A DNA stretch of 64,000 nucleotides from Candidatus Aenigmatarchaeota archaeon. GTDB lineage: Archaea > Aenigmatarchaeota > Aenigmatarchaeia > JACPZZ01. Location of the stretch: assembly GCA_016180965.1 (NCBI GenBank), contig JACPAF010000001.1:223513-287512 (forward strand), in the 5' to 3' direction. Below are positions 27,079 through 36,370 of this stretch, piece after piece. A model generated the notes under the pieces. It saw only the letters and a program-made list of their open reading frames with translations, was not told the DNA's origin and searched no databases. The first letter of the stretch is position 1. Each line of letters starts with the position of its first letter. A program made the translations under genes and the position numbers.

Positions 27079-28593
27079 ATGGTGAAAAAAAGAAAAGGAA
27101 TGGACGCAGCCGTGCTCAGTCTTGCGCTGGGCGTTGTAATACTTCTTGTTGTTTTAGGTGTTATTGTCGGGTTAAACACATCAGGTTCGTTCAAGGATTT
27201 TCTTGCCAAAGTTCCTTGGTTGAATAAAATTGTTCCGGTTGATGACACCAGTGATGGAGGCGGCGGCGGGCCAGGAGGAGGTTCTGTCGTAGCGCCGCCG
27301 GGCAAGCCATCGGGCGATGTGGTATATTTAGTCGCAGCCAGAAAAAGCACATCCACTGACCGCAGCCTTCGAGTTAAAATTTCCGACGGTGTTCCATCGG
27401 GCGAAAGCATTAAGTACAATTTCAAGAAAGGCGACACTTTGGAGTATGATGTTTATCTTCCTTTGAAGACTCCATGTACGGGCGGCATGGGTTTGGTTGT
27501 AACCGCAAATGGAAAAGACATAGACCTCGGCGACGACAATAAATGGGTAGATTCGACCGGGAAGGTTTCTGGTGGGTTGAAGAACTGCAATCCGGATCCG
27601 AAGAAGGTTGTTACGGAAAGCGATCTGACACCATACACCTATGACAAGAAACAATGGTATCATCGTGTTATTCCAATACCCGATGTATATGCCGGCGCAG
27701 CCACTCTGAAAGAAGTCAGATTATTGATGAACGGCGGCACGCCTTATGCTATGTACATTGCGGTTTATGACAATATCATTATAAAATCACCGGTCAACGG
27801 AAAAGATTATATCATATACAAGGACGGCGCTCCAAAATTCAGCGAAATAGATTGCGGTTCTGCGTTTGGTACAAAATGCAATTTCGATGAGGATAAAACG
27901 AAAGTTATAATCAGGAAACCAGCTAGCATCACATTGGAATACGACATCAAATCGGTTGCCGGCGAGATATTGAAGTTATCGGCGATAAGCGACGGCGGAG
28001 GATGCAGCTGGTTTGATAGCAGCGGATGCCAGTGGCTTTATTTGAAGGCGTTTGAATTGGGTTCTGCGTATACAGTCCAGCCGGGCGACATTGTTGAATA
28101 TGACGTTTATCTCGGAAAATGCGCCAAAGAGGTCGGCGGCATAGATTTGCGTGATAAGAGCGGTTCGATTAAGTGGAGTAATATGAAAGATTATTACTGG
28201 GACAACATGTATGACTGGGACAGCACGAAGATAATATCCGGCAGACCGGATGATTCGGGCATGGACCTAGGCACGAAAGCCGGCGAAATCGCATGCCTGA
28301 AATGGTACCACAGAAAACTTCCAGCTGCGCCGAATATGTGGGGTAAAGCCGTCGAAATTGTAGATTTGGCGATAGGATACGATGCGGGCGAGAATGAGCA
28401 AGTGAATGTTTATTATGACAACTTACAGATAACGGACGGCATCGGGCAGGTCAAGGCGTTTTATCCTGGCGGTGTGGATATAGTTCTCTACCAGTTTGAT
28501 GAGAAGAACGACAACGGCGGAATACGGGCGTACAAAAAAGACTCGGTTTCATTGACAAAGATAAACCCGGCAGACATTGATCACCCGACGTAA
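27079..28593 (+). CDS. large pilin-like surface protein (504 aa) with class III-type N-terminus
   Basis: MVKKRKGMDAAVLSLALGVVILLVVLGVIVGL, then a Gly-rich linker GGGGGPGGG and a Cys-containing beta-rich domain. AAGAGG Shine-Dalgarno before ATG 27079. Confidence 0.6.
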   Translation: MVKKRKGMDAAVLSLALGVVILLVVLGVIVGLNTSGSFKDFLAKVPWLNKIVPVDDTSDGGGGGPGGGSVVAPPGKPSGDVVYLVAARKSTSTDRSLRVKISDGVPSGESIKYNFKKGDTLEYDVYLPLKTPCTGGMGLVVTANGKDIDLGDDNKWVDSTGKVSGGLKNCNPDPKKVVTESDLTPYTYDKKQWYHRVIPIPDVYAGAATLKEVRLLMNGGTPYAMYIAVYDNIIIKSPVNGKDYIIYKDGAPKFSEIDCGSAFGTKCNFDEDKTKVIIRKPASITLEYDIKSVAGEILKLSAISDGGGCSWFDSSGCQWLYLKAFELGSAYTVQPGDIVEYDVYLGKCAKEVGGIDLRDKSGSIKWSNMKDYYWDNMYDWDSTKIISGRPDDSGMDLGTKAGEIACLKWYHRKLPAAPNMWGKAVEIVDLAIGYDAGENEQVNVYYDNLQITDGIGQVKAFYPGGVDIVLYQFDEKNDNGGIRAYKKDSVSLTKINPADIDHPT

Positions 28594-28624
28594 CGCGTAA
28601 TAATACCGTTTTACAAATACATTT

Positions 28625-28975
28625 ATGACCTTTTCCAAACGACGAAAAGAAAATAGAATGGGCATAGCCGAGTATAATTTCGCCTTGCTGATGGGGCTGG
28701 TAATTGCGCTGGTGATGCTGGCAGTTTATCTCGGCTGGATAAAGGGGAGCGGTGAAAACGTTGAGCGCGAAAGAAACCAAATGGTTGCGGCAGCAGGATG
28801 TTTGGCGGACAATTCATGCGCCAAACTGAGCAGCGACAAATTTTGCATAAACACTTATGAAGGAAAGAATGAGTGCGGCTGCTGGGCATGGATGGGAATT
28901 GACGGCAATGCGGGCTGCGGACCTGGCAAAAGATGCGTTTCGGAACGGGGGACGAATTATGGAAAATGTGTTTAA
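28625..28975 (+). CDS. small Cys-rich pilin-like protein
   Basis: RMGIAEYNFALLMGLVIALVMLAVYLGW, then a Cys-rich domain CINTYEGKNECGCWAWMGIDGNAGCGPGKRC. Confidence 0.45.
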   Translation: MTFSKRRKENRMGIAEYNFALLMGLVIALVMLAVYLGWIKGSGENVERERNQMVAAAGCLADNSCAKLSSDKFCINTYEGKNECGCWAWMGIDGNAGCGPGKRCVSERGTNYGKCV

Positions 28976-29153
28976 GGGACAAAGCAGCGACAACGTACTG
29001 ATGCTGGCTTTGGTTGTCGTGGGCTTGTTGATTATCCTCGGCGCCGGGATATTTATCGTGGCAGTCGTCGGCAAATCCGCGGGATTAAATTCCGTCCCGC
29101 TGATCGGAGACGCGTTGTGCGACCTGATGAAAGGGTTGCGGGTGGAGTGTTAA
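28959..29153 (+). CDS. small pilin-like protein (KGQ class III motif)
   Basis: MENVFKGQSSDNVLMLALVVVGLLIILGAGIFIVAVV. GGGGGA Shine-Dalgarno. In-frame internal start of track ORF 28857-29153. Overlaps the previous gene by 17 nt in another frame. Confidence 0.45.
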   Translation: MENVFKGQSSDNVLMLALVVVGLLIILGAGIFIVAVVGKSAGLNSVPLIGDALCDLMKGLRVEC

Positions 29154-29202
29154 CTATTAACATCTTTTATATTTTTCAAAATTCATATTTAACTTGTTTT
29201 GA

Positions 29203-29631
29203 ATGCCGGAACGTGAAATTAACCTTGCGCAATTTGTGATGATAGGCATTATACTCCTTGCTGTGATACTTGGAATAGTTTTCGTTTTCATTGTTCCAAA
29301 TATCAACAAAACAAAAGAGAGCGGGATGCTTGATTTTGCCTGCACGGCTTACCAGGGCGACATCGGATGCAATAACAAGGCGTGCGGTGCCGACTATACC
29401 GATGAGGGATGTGAAAAACTTTTGCGAGGCGTTTCCATGGACATCAAAAATGAAAAAATAATATTGTGGACGCAATGCGATGGCGCGGGCATAACTGAGG
29501 CCAAAAGCTGTCATTTAAGATGCTGCGGGATGGCGATAGCCGGGCGCGGCGACCCTTGCAACGATGAGACTGTCAAATGCGCGAGCGGGCTGAAATGCGA
29601 TTTGTCTACCAGATCTTGCATAGCAGCTTAG
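29203..29631 (+). CDS. Cys-rich pilin-like protein
   Basis: N-terminal hydrophobic helix LAQFVMIGIILLAVILGIVFVFIV, then 14 Cys (CTAYQGDIGCNNKACGADYTDEGC...CHLRCCG...C...C...C). Confidence 0.45.
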   Translation: MPEREINLAQFVMIGIILLAVILGIVFVFIVPNINKTKESGMLDFACTAYQGDIGCNNKACGADYTDEGCEKLLRGVSMDIKNEKIILWTQCDGAGITEAKSCHLRCCGMAIAGRGDPCNDETVKCASGLKCDLSTRSCIAA

Positions 29632-29654
29632 TTTATTTTACCGAAGATGAAATT

Positions 29655-29999
29655 ATGGTTGTGCGAAAAAAAGGAATGATGATTGTCGAGCTGATGGTCA
29701 TTGTGGTGTTAGCCGTAATAGTATTGGCGGTTTTAATCGGGATTATAATTTTGGGCGGGCAGCAGCCGACAAGCGATTTAGCGAAACAAACTTTAGTGCG
29801 TTCTTGTTGCCAATTAAACATGCCGTTATCCTGCAGCAACACGCAGAACGTGAATTGCATTGTTTCCAAGGAATTAGAAGCCGGTTTCGATTGCACGCCA
29901 ATCGACGGCAGCCCGTGCAAAAAAACTTTAGTGGAAATCGCCGGCAAAGTTGGCATATCTGACGTGTCTGGAGTCAAAACGTTCTGCGGGTGCGGATAA
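29655..29999 (+). CDS. type IV pilin-like protein with bacterial-style G/MMIVE motif and Cys-rich C-terminus
   Basis: MVVRKKG|MMIVELMVIVVLAVIVLAVLIG has Glu at +5 after Gly. C-terminus ...KTFCGCG. Confidence 0.55.
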   Translation: MVVRKKGMMIVELMVIVVLAVIVLAVLIGIIILGGQQPTSDLAKQTLVRSCCQLNMPLSCSNTQNVNCIVSKELEAGFDCTPIDGSPCKKTLVEIAGKVGISDVSGVKTFCGCG

Positions 30000-30034
30000 A
30001 ATCCAATTTAATAAGGATTTACGAATAATATTTG

Positions 30035-32749
30035 ATGTTGACAGAAATTAAACAAGTCAAATTTCATTCTGAATCGAGAAAAGGTTTTGGCGAAGATCAG
30101 GTTTTTCTCCTTGTTGGGATATTGATTTTGGTAATAACATCCTACATGATTTACATGCTGATAGGCGGACCGACGTGCGACGATTTGGCCAAACGAACTG
30201 CGAACAACATTAAAGTCGCGGTCGACTCTGTCGCGACAACGGGGACGTACACAAAAGATTCTCCGTATACTACGTATGCGATGCTGTGCCAGAACAAAGT
30301 TGGAGATCCTTTAACATTGAACCCATTCCAATATAGAGTGTTTTCTGCGCCCGAATACATGATCTACTGGGAGCATTTTCCAAACGCGCCGAACAACATT
30401 GTTGAAGGATTGTACAAATTCGATGAGAGTTATCCGTTCACTAAAAACACTGCGCAGATAATAGGGATAACATTGGCTACTTCATTTATCAGCGGTACAT
30501 TTTCGTCGTTGAAAGCTGCGAAAAACCTTGGGATTACAGATGAAGTTTTAGCTAAAACCGAAGGGACGAAGATGGGCGATGCGATCAGGCTGTTTGGAAA
30601 AACGAAAGACGCTGTAATGGCGCCTTTCACATACCCGGTGAGGGGTATTAAATATTTGCTGAGCTTGCCGGGCAAAGGCATGAAGGCCTTATACACAATT
30701 ACGGGCCTTAAGGGGATTGTTGACGACGGGGTCAAGTACATAACAAGCAAGACTGCACCCAAAATATTTGGGCACCAGGTCAGCCTCGGATTCCTGGCGT
30801 CGATGGCGGACAACGGCTTGATCGAGGCGTCGAACGTCGGGGAAGAACTGGCGGTAAATATTATCAAAGTCACCGACGACGCGACAGGCGAGGTTATTGA
30901 AAAGGCTGTTGTGCCAGTGGGCAGGAGGGCAGAACTGAAAACAGTTGTTGACGGGTTGATCGGGAGCGCAGACGATGCGGAAAAACAGGCCGGGCTGGCG
31001 CTGAAAAGATATTTCGCCTATACCGACGACGATTTTGCAAAATCCCTCGGAAGTTCGCAATCAAAGTTTGAGGATATAATACTGAAATCGGACGTTGATG
31101 ATAAAGGATTTTACGGGTTGGTCAGCGGGGCTTCAAAAGCTGCTGAAGAACAATTTGACGCGAATGCGAAAATCATGGCATCAAGGTATGGTTTATACTC
31201 GTCGCGGCCGATAACCTCGTTTTTTGAACAGAGCGGGATAACGAAGTTTTCAAACAAAATCACCGCAACGGACGTTTTCAGGAGGATGGATTTTTTTGTA
31301 ACAGACGACGCTGGTAAAGCTGTGTTGAAACCGGAAATGCTCGAGAAGATACAGAGCAGTTTCAAGGAATTGAAAATACAAACGCAGCTTACCGACCCGG
31401 ATAAAATTACTGACGCGACGGGGCGCTTTTTCACGAGCAGCGAATCCATAGTTGCGGGCGCGGAAACGGATACGGCCATGCTGTCGTACGCGGAAACTTT
31501 TTTGAAGAACGCAAAGGACGGGCCGGCCACCGGAATAAAATTGGACGCGTTGGAACATTTCTTCAAAGGGACAGCATCGGACGATGAGATAGCCAGCATA
31601 TCCAGCAAATTTTCTACCGGATATTTGCAGGAAATGAAAGATGCTGGAGTAAGCCAGGAAATCATAGATTCCGCTTCCAAAAAACTTTCCACCGCTAATT
31701 ACGGCAGGAGGCTGTTGAGGGACTATTCTTCGGAATTGAAGCTTGCCCAGGGCGTTACTGTTGATACCAATGAAGTTTACGAGATTGCAAAGCTTTCCGC
31801 GGCATGGAAGCGCGAACCGGAGCAGTTAGCTTTGATGGCGGATGAAAAGTATACTTTCATACCTTATGCAATTTATGAAAAAATTGGAGGATGGAGCCCG
31901 AAAGCCACAAGCAAATTCATAAAAGTCAATATCGAATCGTACGGTTTGAATGAGATGGAAAACAATTTGAAATACCTTTATCTTAAATCTCCGAATGCCG
32001 GATGCGAATCAAACACGGTCTGTTTAAACCAGAAGGGGGTTGAACAAAAAAAATCCGACGTTTCCGAGGATCAGGTGAAGGATTATGAGACGATGTATGC
32101 TGTCTCGAAAAATGTCATGGTGCGCTTGGATCGAGGTGGTTTTACGTCCCCTATAGGAGCGGGAATAGGCGCTTTCTCTTTTGACAAGGAACCGCGGTTT
32201 CATTTGGTGTCGCCATGCCTTGCGAAATTAAGCGTTTACGAGGACGCTGACAATCCTACTGACGGCGAGACCGGAAGACCGCTGGTGAAAGTCAATGTTG
32301 ATCCGTGCCCTGTTACAGGCCATTCAAACTATTGTTATTTCCCAACAAGCAAATTCAACGAAATGGCCGCAGGTTTTTACGGTTCGTTAGCATGTTCCAT
32401 TGTCGCTGACATAGGGAAAGCCGCCCTGTTCGGTTTTGTTTTACAGCCAGCGTGTTCTGGAATACAAATTAAAACCGAATACGATACTACTTGGCCTTTC
32501 TCGCCTTTCCAGCCTTTGAAAAGCGCGGATATGAACGTATTGAATTGCGAAATACAAAAAAATCCGAAGGATGCGGCGAAATTAATGGTGACGGCGTGCT
32601 GCGGACTTGCGAAATGCGACGGCAGTTATGTATGCTCTGGAAATAATTACGCGGACAAGAACCAGGCAATTTGCGGAAAGGACAAGTGCACAATGGGAGA
32701 TTTGTCCAAAATGTCCGGGCTGGATTACAAATCCGCGTGCGGATGCTGA
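30035..32749 (+). CDS. giant pilin-like surface protein (904 aa) with class III-type N-terminus and Cys-rich C-terminal domain
   Basis: MLTEIKQVKFHSESRKGFGEDQVFLLVGILILVITSYMIYML. The last about 250 aa hold 20 Cys and end ...KSACGC. Confidence 0.6.
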   Translation: MLTEIKQVKFHSESRKGFGEDQVFLLVGILILVITSYMIYMLIGGPTCDDLAKRTANNIKVAVDSVATTGTYTKDSPYTTYAMLCQNKVGDPLTLNPFQYRVFSAPEYMIYWEHFPNAPNNIVEGLYKFDESYPFTKNTAQIIGITLATSFISGTFSSLKAAKNLGITDEVLAKTEGTKMGDAIRLFGKTKDAVMAPFTYPVRGIKYLLSLPGKGMKALYTITGLKGIVDDGVKYITSKTAPKIFGHQVSLGFLASMADNGLIEASNVGEELAVNIIKVTDDATGEVIEKAVVPVGRRAELKTVVDGLIGSADDAEKQAGLALKRYFAYTDDDFAKSLGSSQSKFEDIILKSDVDDKGFYGLVSGASKAAEEQFDANAKIMASRYGLYSSRPITSFFEQSGITKFSNKITATDVFRRMDFFVTDDAGKAVLKPEMLEKIQSSFKELKIQTQLTDPDKITDATGRFFTSSESIVAGAETDTAMLSYAETFLKNAKDGPATGIKLDALEHFFKGTASDDEIASISSKFSTGYLQEMKDAGVSQEIIDSASKKLSTANYGRRLLRDYSSELKLAQGVTVDTNEVYEIAKLSAAWKREPEQLALMADEKYTFIPYAIYEKIGGWSPKATSKFIKVNIESYGLNEMENNLKYLYLKSPNAGCESNTVCLNQKGVEQKKSDVSEDQVKDYETMYAVSKNVMVRLDRGGFTSPIGAGIGAFSFDKEPRFHLVSPCLAKLSVYEDADNPTDGETGRPLVKVNVDPCPVTGHSNYCYFPTSKFNEMAAGFYGSLACSIVADIGKAALFGFVLQPACSGIQIKTEYDTTWPFSPFQPLKSADMNVLNCEIQKNPKDAAKLMVTACCGLAKCDGSYVCSGNNYADKNQAICGKDKCTMGDLSKMSGLDYKSACGC

Positions 32750-33225
32750 ATAAAATGAAAGGAATCATAATAGTAAGGGATTTCATCATTTTTCTTTCAG
32801 AGCTTGGAATATTACTGTTAAGCATACTTTTCATAACAACAGCGGGCGCAGCCATGGGCGAGTTTGTTTTTAATTTTGATTCGCGGCTTGCTTCAGAGAC
32901 TTTATTCGGGTTCCATACGGCTGCCGACATGGCTCCGAGCTATGAGGCGAGTTTTATAATGGCTTCAAACCCGTACACAATGAAAATATCCAAAGACGGA
33001 AATGATAATTTTATTTTCATAAACTCCACCAGGGAACTCTTTAACTTAGCCCACACGGCGCAGGTAAAAATATTGCCACCCAGAAAACTTTTCCTTGTAA
33101 ACTCCGGACCGAATGAAATAATATTGATAGAAAAAAAAATGGACGAAAAACACAACTGGCTGATTGGTGTGAAGAAAACCGACGGTAAAACCGTGACTTT
33201 GGTGAACGAGCAAGAGGTGAAATGA
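32743..33225 (+). CDS. pilin-like protein
   Basis: MLNKMKGIIIVRDFIIFLSELGILLLSILFITTAGAAMG. Start overlaps the stop of the 904 aa gene. Confidence 0.45.
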   Translation: MLNKMKGIIIVRDFIIFLSELGILLLSILFITTAGAAMGEFVFNFDSRLASETLFGFHTAADMAPSYEASFIMASNPYTMKISKDGNDNFIFINSTRELFNLAHTAQVKILPPRKLFLVNSGPNEIILIEKKMDEKHNWLIGVKKTDGKTVTLVNEQEVK

Positions 33226-33665
33226 TGTCTACGTTCATGGCTGAAAATTTACTTAAAATCGTTGCGCTGGTTGTCAGCATATTGGGCATACTAGCCACAT
33301 TAGTCCAATTCCAATCGTTCAGTTTGGAGATACACGGCAAGCAGGTTGACAGGGAGTATTTAATTTTTTCACAATACATGGCTGGTGCGCCTTTCCTTAC
33401 GTACGATAAACCGGATTACAGGAAAGGGGTTTTAGACGCCGACAAATTGAACGCATTGGACAACGGCTCCTTCGCGCAAAAATTCAGCTTCGCCGACCTG
33501 ACAAAATATCTTATCATCATAGCAACGGATTCTAGTACGTGGATTTTCGGGGACGATTCAATACTGAAAGAAAAAAACAGGGTGTGGGCGCATCCGGTTG
33601 CGGTAAAGATGTCAGATACCATAATACCTGGTACGATGAAAGTTTATGTGCCGAAGGCTGGTTGA
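33222..33665 (+). CDS. pilin-like/membrane-anchored protein
   Basis: MMSTFMAENLLKIVALVVSILGILATLVQF. AAGAGGTGA Shine-Dalgarno. Start overlaps the previous stop. Confidence 0.4.
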   Translation: MMSTFMAENLLKIVALVVSILGILATLVQFQSFSLEIHGKQVDREYLIFSQYMAGAPFLTYDKPDYRKGVLDADKLNALDNGSFAQKFSFADLTKYLIIIATDSSTWIFGDDSILKEKNRVWAHPVAVKMSDTIIPGTMKVYVPKAG

Positions 33666-33666
33666 A

Positions 33667-34242
33667 ATGAATAACCTTTTTAGAAAAAAGCTTAACCAAA
33701 AAATGAAAGGAGACGTGTGGTACGTTTCGACTTTCTTTTTTCTCGTTTCGCTCTTTTCCGTAACAATGATAATGCTGTTTTCAATGAGCATCGCGCGTCT
33801 GATTGTCGGAAATTTGATAGATTACACGGTCCACGTGAGCTTTTTGGATTTTTCCCTGAACACGGAAAACGCTTTGTTGTCGGGGATGGAAATTAAAATG
33901 GACCCGAACGACACTTCGATGAAGACCATATTATCAAATGCCGCGTTCCAATGGAGCGGGGATCCTGGTTGGGATAAAAATGTTTTTGCGGGCGGAAAAA
34001 TGTACGATGCGGCCCAGCGTTCAAAGGACATCTTTGATAAATTGGTGCAGGGGCCGTACATTTTTGAATTGCGAAAGCAATTCGATGCGTCCGACGCGAG
34101 AAGGATAATATTTGCCGAGCGTAATGCGGAGTCGATTAAAAGCGATCCGGAAGTTGCTGAGATGGAATTTTATTTGCCGTATCCGGCGTGCGGCGGTTGC
34201 AGTAAAATTGCAGTTTACAGACTGTATTCAACGGTGAAATAA
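33667..34242 (+). CDS. pilin-like protein
   Basis: MNNLFRKKLNQKMKGDVWYVSTFFFLVSLFSVTMIMLFSM: basic residues, KG, then a hydrophobic helix. Confidence 0.45.
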   Translation: MNNLFRKKLNQKMKGDVWYVSTFFFLVSLFSVTMIMLFSMSIARLIVGNLIDYTVHVSFLDFSLNTENALLSGMEIKMDPNDTSMKTILSNAAFQWSGDPGWDKNVFAGGKMYDAAQRSKDIFDKLVQGPYIFELRKQFDASDARRIIFAERNAESIKSDPEVAEMEFYLPYPACGGCSKIAVYRLYSTVK

Positions 34243-35562
34243 ATGAGGGGAAGCATTTACACGTTCATGGGAAGCATCGTGATGGTTATGATAGGCGTAG
34301 GGATAATCTGGTGGTTTAGGTCTGTTGTTCCTTCGGAAGCTTTCATAGTTTCTGAAAGGCACAGGGAAAGTTTTTCCGCGTTGAATTATCTGGAGCTGTC
34401 AAGAAAATCCATGGAAGAAGCAATTATGATTTATGCGCAGACCGGCGCGACGAAAGCCGGCTCAGCGGGCGGGCTGGATGCTACAGCCCAGCAGAAGGAT
34501 AAAATTGCGATATGGAAAAATGCGCCCGACGCGACGACGATAAAGGACACGCTGCAAAGATACATAGTGGACGAGATTGCGATTTTGCAGCAACATGAGA
34601 TCAAAGGCAAATTCCTGGCAATTGATTACGGAAGTTTGAACATTCAGATCAATCCTGACAGCGATGACTTTTCTAAATCTGAAAAGTTTTATGTGAAAGG
34701 CGAGAAGGAAATAAAAGTTTCCAAGAACCTGCAGACGCAGGCCATAAAAATCTCAACAAGCTTGAAGGGCTACATAGACGACGAGATTAAATTAAAATAT
34801 TTCGCGCTATACGACGCGGCGAAAAAGTTTTTCGAGGGCGGAGAGCCCGTTAACAGGATAAACAGCGCATTTAACGGCGTTAACACGGTTGGGAGCAAAA
34901 CGAATAGTGCCTGTCCGTCTGCCAGCGTTGGATGCGTAAGCAAGGCATGCCCTGTTTTCACGACAACATTCCCGACGCCGCCGGAGGTTTTGAACGAGAA
35001 AACAGACTTTTCCAAACTGCTTGTCAAAGCGGGCGGTATAACAGGAGCAATCGCAGGCGCACCATTTTCGTTATTCAATGCCAAGTTTGAAAACTATGCA
35101 TCAGCGTTCTTGGCTGGCTACGGGTCATCAGACATAACACAACCAACAGGCAGTTGCGGCTTTTCATGCACTTACCTGGAACCGAACCCTTGCAAAACAA
35201 CAGTGCCTGATTGCGCGCCTGCGGCAGACTCGGACAGCCCACCAGTTTGCACCCCAAAATGCGTACCCGGTTTTGATACTATAACTTTATCGTGTTCGGC
35301 AGAGACTAAAACAACAACTATAGCTTTCACATTCCTCGCCGACGCGTATGAAAAATATTCTTCCGAAGACCCGTCAGGGATTGTTCCGTCGACGAGTATC
35401 CATGACGTCGCTGTTGTCTCAAAACCATTACCTTACGATACGCTCAAGTTTAATTTCATGACCCACAGCTGTACGACGATAGATAAAAACGCGGTTGTTA
35501 CGGAGCTAAAGGATAATATTGAATCATGCCAATTGCCTCCGAGCGTTACGAATCATGTTTAG
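34243..35562 (+). CDS. large pilin-like protein (439 aa), Cys-rich
   Basis: MRGSIYTFMGSIVMVMIGVGIIWWF (RG-S motif). The C-terminal half holds 16 Cys. Confidence 0.5.
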   Translation: MRGSIYTFMGSIVMVMIGVGIIWWFRSVVPSEAFIVSERHRESFSALNYLELSRKSMEEAIMIYAQTGATKAGSAGGLDATAQQKDKIAIWKNAPDATTIKDTLQRYIVDEIAILQQHEIKGKFLAIDYGSLNIQINPDSDDFSKSEKFYVKGEKEIKVSKNLQTQAIKISTSLKGYIDDEIKLKYFALYDAAKKFFEGGEPVNRINSAFNGVNTVGSKTNSACPSASVGCVSKACPVFTTTFPTPPEVLNEKTDFSKLLVKAGGITGAIAGAPFSLFNAKFENYASAFLAGYGSSDITQPTGSCGFSCTYLEPNPCKTTVPDCAPAADSDSPPVCTPKCVPGFDTITLSCSAETKTTTIAFTFLADAYEKYSSEDPSGIVPSTSIHDVAVVSKPLPYDTLKFNFMTHSCTTIDKNAVVTELKDNIESCQLPPSVTNHV

Positions 35563-35615
35563 AGTGAAACCAATGTATTTAAGCCAATTCGAGGAAATAG
35601 ATAATAAGGTCAAAA

Positions 35616-35915
35616 ATGAAGCGCAAGGGTATCTCTTTACCAATAGACATGCTCGTTATCTTGGCGATAGCTGTCATTATTCTAATTGCTGTTGTGGCTG
35701 TTTTCATGGGCGTATGGAGTCCTTTTGCGACGAACCAACAGGCAAGGGCGAATTTCAACAAAGAATGCCAGGTTTTAGTTAATACGGGCTGTACGCAAAC
35801 TCCTTCGCTGGCGTTATGCAAAGCGGCTAATGGGATTGTTTTGAACAAAGAAACTTGCGATAGTGATCCAGACAGACTTGCGGTCAAGAAAGGATGCGGC
35901 TGCCCGGGATTGTGA
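35616..35915 (+). CDS. type IV pilin (candidate major pilin), C-terminal GCGCPG
   Basis: MKRKGISLPIDMLVILAIAVIILIAVVAVFMGVW...KKGCGCPGL. Tandem paralog of the next gene. Confidence 0.65.
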   Translation: MKRKGISLPIDMLVILAIAVIILIAVVAVFMGVWSPFATNQQARANFNKECQVLVNTGCTQTPSLALCKAANGIVLNKETCDSDPDRLAVKKGCGCPGL

Positions 35916-35919
35916 TCTT

Positions 35920-36315
35920 ATGGTTAAAAGAAAAGGTATTTCGCTCCCAATTGATATGTTAGTTGTTTTGGCAATCGCTGTCATAATTTTAATCGCGATC
36001 GTTGCCGTTTTCATGGGTGTCTGGAATCCATTTTCGACGAACCAGCAATCACGGGCGAATTTCAACAAGGCTTGCCAGATATTAGTCAACACCGGCTGCG
36101 CAGGAGATCCGTCAGTGGATTTGTGCAAAGCTGCGAATGGAATTGTTTTGAATAAGGACACTTGCGATAGTGATCCGGATAAACTTGCGGTTAAAGTCGG
36201 GTGCGGCTGTCCGGGCGTTTCCGGAACAACGGCAACTGCTCCGCCGGCTGGTGACAGTGGTTCTCCAGGCGCACCGGGTCCGGGAGATGTGGGTGACAGC
36301 GGGCCTTCTAGATAA
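35920..36315 (+). CDS. type IV pilin paralog with Gly/Ser/Pro-rich C-terminal tail
   Basis: MVKRKGISLPIDMLVVLAIAVIILIAIVAVFMGVW...VGCGCPGVSGTTATAPPAGDSGSPGAPGPG. Confidence 0.65.
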   Translation: MVKRKGISLPIDMLVVLAIAVIILIAIVAVFMGVWNPFSTNQQSRANFNKACQILVNTGCAGDPSVDLCKAANGIVLNKDTCDSDPDKLAVKVGCGCPGVSGTTATAPPAGDSGSPGAPGPGDVGDSGPSR

Positions 36316-36370
36316 TGGATTTTAAATGTTTAGAATGTTGAATTAGGTTGTTGATTAAGGGTAATTGAAA

